This document shows, piece after piece, positions 26,901 to 38,900 of a DNA stretch of 64,000 bases. The position numbers and the translations under genes are program-made. This DNA comes from Callorhinchus milii (taxonomy: Eukaryota), in the NCBI RefSeq assembly GCF_018977255.1, contig NW_024704743.1:53942001-54006000 (forward strand). The letters are read 5' to 3'. The notes beneath the pieces were generated by a model that saw only the letters and a list, made by a program, of their open reading frames with translations, was not told the DNA's origin and searched no databases. The stretch's first letter is position 1, and the number at the start of each line of letters is the position of its first letter.

Positions 26901-29900
26901 CCCTCAACTATCCTTTCTAACCCACATCCATGCCATCTGCTCTGCCTTCCCCCACTTCCACAACATCGCCCGGCTCTGCCACTGTCTCACACCACAGGCC
27001 GCCGAGACCCTCATACACACATTCATAACATCCAGGCTTGACTATGCAAACTCCCTGCTTGTCGGCCTCCCCAGATCATCCAGAACTCTGTAGCCCATGT
27101 CCTCTCCCACACAGGCTCCACAACCTGATCACCCCTGTCTTTGCCCGACTCCACTGACTTCCCATCACACAGAGGATACAGTTCAAGATCCTGGTCCTCA
27201 TCTTTAAAGCCCTCCATGGCCTTTTTCCCCAATCTCCTAACCTCCTACCAACCTGCCCGCTCCCTCCGCTCAGCAGGCTCTGGCCTGCTTCACATCCCCT
27301 ACCTTGCCCACCCCGACATTGGCGGACGGGCCTTCAGCCATTCTGCCCCCACACTCTGGAACGCTAACCCGCTGTCCCTCTGCCTCGCCCCTTCCCTTGC
27401 TTCCCTCAAGACCCGTCTCAAGACCCTCCTCTTCGACTATGTCTTCAATCACCCTCCTTGCTGCCCTTCCCTGATCCCAACCACCAGCTCGGGTCTGAAA
27501 CACTGATTGTCAAGCGCCTTGGGACGGCCTCCCGATGTGAAAGACGCTATACAAATGTAATTTTGTTGTTGTAGTAGATTTGATAACTGAATCTGGAGAA
27601 TAAATAATCCCAATTTTCACCCCAACTATTTGTCAATTTTGTTTATTGTTGAAGGAGCAAATCGAGAGTATAGGGAAAGCTATTTGCAGCTTTATCCCCT
27701 GAGTGTCGCTGGTGAGATAACTCAATTTGACAATACTCAGATACCTGTGTTGTTCCTCAGTTAGCCTATCCAGAGTTCAAGGTTGCTTAGGATTTCTGAC
27801 TCTTCTCAATGTTAAGGTTATATTGCAATAAAGCATGACAAAACTGTACTGTCCAGTCTCCTGAATGGTTTAAAAGCAATCTTTGAAGTGTTTTTTTTTG
27901 GAAACATAATCAAGAAATAAGAAACGTATCACAAGAGAGGTTCAGATGAAAGTGCCCGTCAGTCCATTTGATTTCATCCTCCATTTACATGTTACCATCT
28001 ACCTATTACAGACAGCTCCTTTTTAAGCAAGTCCTGTCCTCTATCATGCTTCTTGACAATAAATTTCCACTCTGCATTGAACTCTGTGTAAAGAACTACA
28101 GCATTCTTAGTATCCATCCTAAAATTGTCCACCATAACCCTGAACTTGTGCTGTCTTACTGCCTTGGTAAACTTAAAGTATTGTGCAAGGTTTACATTCT
28201 ATTACCCTTTATAAGGTTGCCTCCAAGATACCTTATTCTGATGCTGAAGAGACTTGGCCTGTCCAGGTGTTAGTCATAGTTCATTCCTTTAACACTGGGG
28301 AAAAAACCTCATTCCTTTCCTCTGCACTGTCTCTTGTGACAGTTTTAAACAGAAAAGAATGGAGGCAGCACGGCAAAACTCCAAACACATTTAAACATTT
28401 TATAGGTAAATAGTGCAATAAAAGTTAAGATTAAAGTTAAGATATTTAAGGAACAAATTAAATAAAACAGAAAAGGCTACGTAGAGAAGCCAGAGAGAAG
28501 AGCAGGAAAACGTTAAATCTAAACAATTGCAGTAATAAATCTACACCTAACATTTCAGTGACATTATTACTACAATCTTAGGGTGGATTTCAGCTTAATG
28601 GGGTGTGAACTGAAATCTTAAACAAAAATGGCCAGCCCAGGGATCCTAGAGTGAGTGAAGCTGACAGCAGTGTCAGCATTAAGAGTCATATCAAAATGAT
28701 TTAAGACGCACTAAAATGCTGCACAATGGATTGGTTTGGTTCCAGCTTATGTGCCATTTTGCCAAGGTGCTACACAGAGCCCAGATGTAATTTCCATTGT
28801 GAAGGAAAACTAAGGGGAATGTCTCCAGATCTGGCATCCTCCACAAAGCGGAATGTGGGACTGACACACCCCACACACCCAGTGTGGAAAAGTTTGTTTA
28901 TCAACAACCTCTTCATGGTTTGACATATAGAAATGTTGGGAATTAATCTGTCCTTATGTATGATGAGTAGATCGATTAATGTTATGGCATTTTTGCTTGA
29001 TTGCTCTTAAGGAGCAGGGATCATCTATCCATAATGGCCCTTTATTCAGCGGGGGGTGGGGTGGGGGCAGTGGGGGGGGAATGAAGTGCACAACAGTGTA
29101 GCTTTTGCATAACAGTAGAAGGAGCAGTTTTGATGGGTGAATGGTAGTCTGCATTAGACTGCAACTTGATTGAATGGTGCATTACGAGTTATCTTCTGGT
29201 GAGAAAACAGGGCACTGGAAGCTGCAGCCCAACAACAACACATTACATTTATAAGGCACCTTTCATGTTGGAAGGACGTCCCAATGCGCTGGACAGTCAG
29301 GGATTTGAACCTGAGCTGGGGGTTGGAATCTGGAGGACAGGGGTAGGAGGGTGACCGAAGGCGCGGTTGAAGAGGAGGGTCTTGAAACATGCCTTGAAGG
29401 AGGCAAGCGATGGAGCGAAGTGAAGGGATTGTGGGATAGAGCTCCAAAGGATTGGGGGCAAAACGGCTGAAACCCTGACCATGTAAGGACTTTCAATGCA
29501 GCCTTCCCGCGACCAGCGTAGATTCAGATTCGAGGGGTACCTGGAAAGCCATCTGCGAAACGAATATAACTTTGTCCCTTTCAAAGAGACCCCTGCTGGT
29601 GTAAAGGAACATGGAGTACGTGATGCATTCGGTCAGATTTGCTACTCTCTCCTTGAGATCCTCAGACTGTTCTGTCCGTTCAATGGCTTTGTGGAAGACG
29701 ATGTTAAAGGCCTAAAAAAAAAATCACAACAAAAGTAAATAGTGAGCAGTTATACAGCTATTTGGGTATTTCTCTTTTTTTTGAGGCCAGCATAGTGTCT
29801 GACAAATGTCAAAACCCATCACCGTGTTTAAGAGGATCCAAACCAGACAGAATATGCCAACTACACATGGAGATTTCCATGTCTGGAATGGAATGCACAT

Positions 29901-32900
29901 TCTTCCCAAATGGATGCACCCTACTTACCTAATTCCAGAGAGTATTAGGCGCAAGCAGGTTGGTAAGAGCTAAGGTTTGCGATATTTTAAAGATTAGTTA
30001 TTAAAAACTGTCATAGCAAAACATTACTTTGTGCTGATGGTTTCTCCTCCCACCATCCCCAACCAGTCACCTGCGGGGTACCCCAGGTCTCCATCCTTGA
30101 CCCCCTTCTTTTTTTTAATCTATATACTCCCCTTGGTGATGTCATTCGCAGACATGGGGCAAGCTTCCACATGTATGTGGACGACACGCAAATCTACTTT
30201 CCTCCTCCAGTACCAACTCTAGGTCTGACAATGTTCTTTCAGCTTGTCTGGCAGACATCAATGCCTGGATGAGTGCAAACTTCCTGCAGCTGAATTTAGA
30301 CAAGATGGAAGCCACACTCCTTGGCTCCTGTCAATATCTTCACTCCTGCGGATCTAAACTCCTCAACCTCTCTGGGTTCAGACTCACCGAATTAGCGCGC
30401 AACCTAGATATCCGGTTTGACCCCCAGCTGTCCTTCCTTCTCCATATCTGGTCCCTGACCAAGACCGCCTTCCACATTGCCCTCCACCACATTGCCCGCC
30501 TCCAACCGTACCTTACTCCGAAACCCTCATGCATGCATTTGCCACCTTCCACCTAGATTACTCAGACTCACTCTTTGAATTACTCACTCCTCGCCATTCT
30601 CCACAGTTCCACTATTCAAAAAATCCAGCTCATTTAGAACTCTGCTGCCCGCATACTGACCCAGACCAAACTCCGTCCCCCCCATCTCACCAGTTCTGGC
30701 CAGGCTCCACTGGCTCCCCATCACCAAACAGATCGACTTCAAGATCCTCACACTCGTGTTCAAATCCTTTCACTCTCTGGCACCTCCCTACCTCTCTGAC
30801 CTCCTCACTCCCCAAACCACCACCCGGAGCCTCCACTCGACTGGCACCGGCCTCCTGTTCATCCCTCGCACCCTAAGCTCTACCATTGAAGGTCGCACAT
30901 TCAGCAACTACACCCTGAAATCCCTCCGCCCTCTCTCCCCTTTTTCAAGTCCCGCCTGAAAATCTTTCTTTTCAACCGTGCTTACAGTTACCTCCCGCCC
31001 CGGCCCAGAGCCAGGCTCCACCACTGTTAAACACTCTTGCATGGAGGGCGCTATACAAGTGCAAGTTGTTGTTGTTGTTAGTGGAGTGTTTCCTGTCGAG
31101 AGGTATCCAATCTCTACCTGGAAAGCCACTTACTGCTTGGGCCCCAGGGTTTGACGATTAGCATCTGTTTTAACTGAAGCTAATTTGGCAGCAATTAATC
31201 CTCATTTCTTATTCCAGATCTGGCTCTAGAGGAATATTAGGATTAGCTATGAAGTAGCCCTTCATATTGCTCCAGCCATTTGAAGCTTACTAACTCAATG
31301 AATACCCTAGAATTCCCTGGTCTCTTGTGCTCAGTGAAGCAATAATCCAGCTGTGATCATCCCCTAAATATTGAAGCAATTTAGCTATTTAAAAAAAGAA
31401 AACAGTCAGTTTAATGCCCTGAGCTCATCTTCATTGATCACAAGCCATGATTTTGGAATTAGTCAATTCCTACGTAGAATGTAAATATTTCAATGATTTC
31501 CTGACCCACTGTACTGGCTCTATGTGCAGTAAATTTGATGATGTGCGATATTATTGGGGAAATCCCAATGCTGAGAGTAATTTTGACCCTGAGCAGATGT
31601 CCAGACAATAAACCTGGTAAAATATTGGGCCTTATCAAGCATCAATCGTAAGTACACAAGGTATCAAATAGAAATGATGGAAAATCTACTTAAAGAAACA
31701 TTTTATTAAGGATTTCTACAATATGGTTGTCGGTAAATTCACCTGCATCTTGCATCATGATCTGAGGCGCTGATGGTCTTGAAGCTAAACCTCAGCCCTC
31801 AGATACTGTACTTCATTAATTATATAAATATTATTACTTCATTACACTGCCTCATATAATGCATCATACATTTAGTACACGTTTGCATTATACTACTATT
31901 TGCATTATAAAGCACTCCAAGACACTACCCCACGTGAAGGGCACTCTATAAAGACAAGTTGTTCTTGGTGTATATTTGACTCCTGCCCTCAATTCAGGTG
32001 CCAGCAGTGTTGAGGGCCCTAAGACATCCTCCTGACATGAAAGACACTATATAAATGTAAACTATTATATTGCATAAGGTTTTAGGAAGAAATTTGCATC
32101 CCAGCATCCTCTTAGAGGCGTTTCCAGATTCGCTGAAACTCTCCACAGAACCAACAGACCATTGTTAATCTGGCCAGGAGCCTACATTCATTATACTTCA
32201 TTTGTTGCACATAGTTTACCAATGATGATTTTCCCTATAATATTTACACAAAATATCTGATTTGACTTGTCAGTTTTTCTTACAAATTGGTTGTGATTAA
32301 TGAGATCTAACTCCTACATCAATGAAATCCATATACTAGATATTACAGCAACATGAAACCTGACAAACAAGGCACATGTTTTATTTATCATTGAGTACCT
32401 TAAGCGAGAACTGATAAATAGGATTAATTCTGCTGAGATCACTGACGATGAAGTAAAGAACAGAAGCTCTTGCTGCTGCTGGACGGTAGTGTTCCCGAGC
32501 CTCATTGATCTTCAATTCGTTCTCCTTTGCCTCGCTCACCTACACAACACATTTTGATTAAATATGCCATATGTTTAATGCAGGCAAACACACGTTTCCA
32601 CGGGACAAGCAATACTAAGATGTACAGCACAAAAAATCTGAGCTAACACTCATTGAGATACACAAGGAGCACGATATCTCTTCACAAATTCACTTGGTCA
32701 TCACATGTGTTTCCGGGGCTAAATTTGCTAAAAAAATTTGCCAGCAAGTGCAAACTGAAACTTACATTCTATATAAGACAGCAAAACGTAAATGCCCCCA
32801 AAACTGCCAGTGGTTTGCTCTCTGGCCTTTATTTAAAACTTTGAGTGACTTTCCGAATTTGGAATTTGCCATTTTGTAGATATTGCAAATTGTTGGCAAA

Positions 32901-35900
32901 ACTGACATTACAATTACTGCTTCCCAACCCATCGCGTAAACATCTCAAATTAGATGTATCAAAGCATTGCCATTCTTGTACTTGAAGCATGAGGCTTTCA
33001 TGTTATAAAGGCTAAATGAGTCCAGCATATGTCAATCCCTAACATTAGCAATCTTTTTATTGCAAGCTTGTAATGGGAAATCTTGTTATCAATACACAAG
33101 ATCAGTGTGTTTATAGTCTTCATAAATTAGATGCTGTATTTGCTAATCTCTACACACATTACGTAATGAACCCTCTCCAAATGAAAGGCATGATATAAAT
33201 GTAAATTTGTATTGTTTGGAACTGTGCATTACTACCTTCAATTCAATCTCTGCTGCGGTCAGTTTTGCTGTTTCCAGTTTCTCCACTAACTCTATGTCAC
33301 CGAGGAAGTTGCCCTCAGCAGCAGATAGCCGAGTAAGGAGCTCATCCTCCAGTCGTTTCAGTTCGATCTTAAAATGATTTTGCTGCTTGGTCAACTCAGA
33401 CTGTGCCGGAAACACAAACAAAGATAGGTTTCTCGCATTTTATCACTCAACACTGCTATTGGTAGCAAAACATTTTCCAGCGTCAGTCGTACTTAGTATT
33501 GTACAAAATGTAGTACAAAATGTAGTACTTAGTACAAAAAAAATGGTGTACGTGTCTTTTGATCCTCACCTTGTATTCAAGTCCCTGCACTCCTCTGCAC
33601 CCCCCTACCTCTCTGACCTCCTCTCTCCTCAAAACAGTACCCATTGCCTTCGTTCCTCCGGGTCTGGCCTCCTCCTCGTTCCCCGATTCCTCCGCTCTAC
33701 CCTCGGCGGACGTGCCTTCAGCCACTGTGCCCCGAGGCTCTGGAACTGCCTTCCTCACTCCCTTTGTCTCGCTCCCTCCCTTCCCATTTTCTTTCTTTTC
33801 TTTTCCTTTCTTTTCGACCGCGCCTTTGGTCACCTTCCTCCCCCTCCCCGGCTCGGTCCCGGGATCCGTTACTGTAAAGAGCTCTGAGACGCCGTCCGGC
33901 GTGGAGGGCGCTATATAAATCCAAGTTGTTGTTGTAGTAGTGTTTCAGATCGTACATCAGCATTCCTTTATAATATTATAATAATCCTTGATTTTATACA
34001 GTGCCTTATATCAGTCTTCAAGAGTTAGACACTGTGTTTCCCTGCCCTTCACCTCTCCTGGTCCCAACCCCCAGCTTGGGTCCAAACCCCTGACTGTCCA
34101 GCGTCTTGGGATGTCCTCCCGACATGAAAGGTATTATACAAATGTGATTTGTTGTTGTTGTTGCTGATTAATAAAAGAGACCAAACAAAAAAAAGGTGTA
34201 CGTGTCTTTTGACGGCATAAAGTTGTTTCCTTACTGTGAATATAGATGGTCATTTGTTTATCATTCTCCCCAAGAGAGCAAGTCAATAAAATTAACAGTA
34301 TTTCGAAGGAGGTGGGGGAGGGGAAGAAGGAGAGGAGAAGATGGGGAGGGAAAATGATCCAACCTGATGGTCGTTATGGGATTTTACTTTTAGCTAAGAC
34401 AGTAATATTTCTGAGTGGAGAAAAATTATTTCTCCCCCTCTCCCGCCAACCCCCCCCAGGTCTACACACATATTGCAAATAATTTGGTGAATCAGCTGTT
34501 TTGAAACTTGGTCACTCCTTTTATGCCTGTTTGTGGGACACTGCTGCGCATAAATTGACTACAGCATTTGCCTACAAACTTACACAGTTATACTATTTTA
34601 CGTTAAAATTCTGTGAAGCGTTTTGAGACGTCTCCATGACATGATAAGGCGCTCTATCAAATGCAAGGGCCAAATATTATTTTGAAATGGACAATTACTC
34701 AATGATATATAACAAGTACGGTTTGAAGATCGTTTCAAATAGCAAGGTTTCAACTAGAAACATGTCTTTAAAATAAGACAAAATTGCAATTCCCGACATT
34801 GTACCTAATTGAATAGGGGGGGTGTCTGCCATACGGCTGAGGAGTACAATACCTTCAGATGTTCAAGATCCGGACGTTCAGTGTTGACTACTTCAGCCAG
34901 CAGTTGGTCCTCCAGCCCATCCCGTGTGACAGTGAAGTTAATGAGGGTTGTCTGTGCCTGGACCTCAGGTTTATAGTGAGGGTTGGCCAACTTTGTGTGA
35001 AGAATGAGTCGGAAAGTGCTGCTGAACTCGCACTCCTTGTCTCCGATCTTGATGTATCTGAGAAATAAAATGCGATCATTTTTCAATTGGGGATACACAT
35101 TGTGCAAGGTAATGCCTTGTGAATTCCATTTGTAAAAAAGAGGTGTGAGTTGAAACAAAGCACATTTACATGTAACTTTCCGTGTTTTTTCAATTTTATG
35201 GGATTATTATCTGAGATACCACCATTGACCTCGATAAAATCAATGCTAATTCCCACTACTGCACAATGCCTCTTCTAACATTCTCAAGGCAATCACTAAC
35301 CACTGCACCCTCCCACACAGATACAGTGTGAAACCCTGTCACCTCCCCCATAATTTTAGACTATTTGTCGGATGCCTACGCACCCAACTGGGAATTGTAA
35401 ACATTATAAACCTGAAAATCTACCACAAAAGCTCATCTTTAAAATCCATTGTCCCTGGTGACCAAACTGCAGAATGTCACACATACCAGAAGATAATAAC
35501 AGAAAAGTAAAAACATTAGTGGTGAACAAAGTTCATCAGATTCAAAACAGAACAATAGTCAGAAGTATTTTTGAACCGTTATTCCCCGTACTTTGGTTTG
35601 CGAGCAGATTAAAACACATTTCCATAAATGTGGCTTTTGAATGAAAATATTTTACATCTGCAGAAATAACAAATTTCAGTATGCGTTTTTTTCCATGAGG
35701 GTCCTTTCAAATTAAGTGGGTTTAATGAGCAAAACCTCAAAGTGGTCCTGATAGGACAAGTTCAACTGTATTTCTTTCCCAAACAAAATTAATGCGCTAT
35801 TGATAGAACATTACTAAAACAAATTAAAGTCTTGGCTGATGGATTGGTCCACAAGGCACTGTAAGACATAAAGGAATAATTAGTATACATTACTTCACAC

Positions 35901-38900
35901 CCTGCAACATTCCAATTATTAATTGAAGTTCAATTGCTAGACTGTGCAAAATCCATCACTAGCTTCTCCGCAGCACACACTCACTACAGGAAAAGAAACA
36001 AGATGCAATATCAACAGGAACAAAAAAAAGCGATAAAATGCATCAACTGAAATTTTAAAAAAAAGGATTTAATGCATTAACAAATTCCACAAGCATTATA
36101 TTATCTTTGGAAATATTTAACAGCTCACTCGGTGTCAATTATCATTTTTTAAAAATACATCCGTTTCCACTCTGGATGTATAACTATAATACAAAGCACC
36201 TGTGATGCTAACAGGCTGTGGTGTACAGAGAATGGCAAAAGTTAGAGCCCCCTCTGCACAGTTCCTGAATCAAAGAACCATAGAAATGTATGACACAGTG
36301 GGAAGCCATTCTCCCCATTATTTTGTGTCAGTGTTTGTTCCTCCAAGAAATCATCCGCATGAATTGAGTCAAGTGAAAATTGTGGTGTCTCCCAGCAGGT
36401 AACATAGAAAATCAGGAAAAAGTCGCAGGCAGGAAGGCCTCTAGTGTGGCCAGATATAGAGGGGTTCAGCAAAGTCCTGGGAGTCAAAAAGAGAAAATAA
36501 TACAGAAAAGGACAAAATGAAGTTACCCAAGGTATAGTTATATACTTTAATACAAATACAGGGAAACCCATTAATGTTCTTTGACATAACGCTGCCTCGC
36601 TTATGGAGCGGGTATACTGTGACCCGCTGACCAGCTTCCGGGTCATCAGGTTACCACTGATTTCATTTCCTGGATACGACACGTGCATAGGAAGCGACGT
36701 CAGTATGATATGACGATCAGGAAGGCAGACATTTTTTAAGCACTTTGCTTATAATGTGATTGCGTAGCTACTGAACCCAGCCAGCCATGCTATAACAAAG
36801 TTCTCCTGTATGAGTTTTTGTTAAAAATAATGGTTACTAATGTAATATTTATAAATAAGAGTTGGGAATAGGGTATTCAGGGAATGGAGGTGCATGGAGA
36901 GGAGAGACTGTGCACTTAATGAACCTGCTTGCACCTGTAATACCCCGGTAGAATTTTTAATTTTTTATGTATAGATGCATTTTGCCCTTATCCTCTGGGG
37001 GTAACTGCAACACATTTTGGTTTGTTGCTTCCAGATCGAGCTTATACCACTTCTCTTCCAAACAACTGAGTATGTCAGCCTGGCCCGGTGGTAGCGTTCC
37101 TGCCTCTGAATCAGAACGTTGTGGGTTCAAGCCCCACGTCGGGACTTGGAATCACATTGCCTAAGCTGACACTCCAATGCAGCACTGGGGGTGTGTTACA
37201 TTGCCGGAGGTGCCATCCTTCGAATGAGGTCCCTTCTGCCTATTCAGGTGGATGTTAAAGAATCCTATTTAAAAAGAGAAGGGAGTTTCCCCCGGTGTCC
37301 TGACCGACAATCACCACAAAATAGTCTTAAAATATTGGTAGTCTTAAAATATTGCTATGTGGAACTATTTCGCTAAATAATACATACATACTGACAGTTA
37401 AATGTTGATAATAGGTAGTCATCATTCAGTTAATTTGCACCACAAAAAATATATTCAACAGCTTAAGAAATGGGCATCAGGCTGTAAACTTTTACATTAG
37501 TACAGATTGTTTGTACATTTTAAGGTGGTATTTTTAGGATAAATAACTGTGATTATTAAATAACTACTTGTGAAACAATTAGCAGGCAGCGCTTATTTGT
37601 TAGTTAGGAAAATAACAACAAACACAATGTTTCCACACTTTCTGGGCTGTATTTAGGCACTGACAGTACACAAGACGTTTAAAGCTATGCAGGGACACAC
37701 AGGAACACCATCGTACAAAAAATAATAGGAGCTGGGAAGAGACTTCGCAGCAGATTGCTGGGACACACAGAGGTAATTATATCTGTAGACATGGGTTGGA
37801 TTATTAATTAGTAATACGTATTATGCTTCAGTCAGTAGGATACTTACTTTCCCTTTTTAATTGTATTTCGCCCAAGTAACGGATCAAGGACTGGATCAAT
37901 TGTTTCCTCAAGGTTTTCAATGAGGATAGTATCTCCACTACATAATGCTCGTTCGACTGTATCCAAGTACCTTTAAGACAAGAATATGTTTAGAGTCCAT
38001 TTTAATAGTTTACTGTGTTATCCTAGGAACAACAGCGAGCACTTTAAATGGACCCTAGGCTGAGTTGTTTCTCAAACTCCTGACTCTGACCATTAGGGCG
38101 AAAATTGTGACATTTGATTTCCACTGGTAACCAGCATTGAAATATTGAAATGCTGAGATCCGCAGGCCAGCATGTTCAAAGGTGCTGTCAACCAGTTCAA
38201 TGGCAGCACCAGGTTGTAGAGGCGCTGCCAGCTATCAACTGGGGCATCGCCAGGAGAGGAAAGTCCAACAATGTGATAATCATTCCCAGTGATCAATTTG
38301 ACAATCAACAACTCACTTTCAACTTTGATATTTCAGTCGCTACATTTAGAAGCCACGAAAACATCTTGCCACCAAACAATTCAACAACTCAAGTCATTTT
38401 AGCTCATCTTTGAATTATTTACCCTTTTTGCCCCATCCGGACAATTTTCAGCTCACGTCCATACTGATTTCTTATCCACTTGATTCCTTGCTGCTGTGGA
38501 TCAATCATGAGCGGCCAGCGTTCACAGTTGGCCAAGATAGTGGCGTTTTCCATTGAAATTCTATCACTGGGCAATCCTTCATTATTCCAAGTAGCAATTG
38601 TAGCATCATCAGCCAGCATGGCAATGGGATCCAGGCAGTCTGTTATTGGTATGGGAACCTGAAAGAGCAGCAGGAACGTATATAAATAACAATCCTTGTA
38701 TTTAATATAGCCTCTTTCACATCAGGAGGACATCTCAAAGGCTTCAAAGGATTTATGCAAATTGCAGTGTGACTGTGTTTGTAAACAAATGCACACTGGA
38801 ATGTTCCACAAACAACCATGAAATGAATAACCACTTTTATATGAAGGATTGTTGGCCAGAAACACCCTTCTAATTTTTTTTAATAGTGTCATGGGATTTT

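Noticed and set aside
31115..31128. 14-bp match (TACCTGGAAAGCCA) to the exon end and donor at 29538-29551, suggesting a duplicated or mutually exclusive exon
   Set aside because: No upstream coding similarity to the dynein exon; most likely chance
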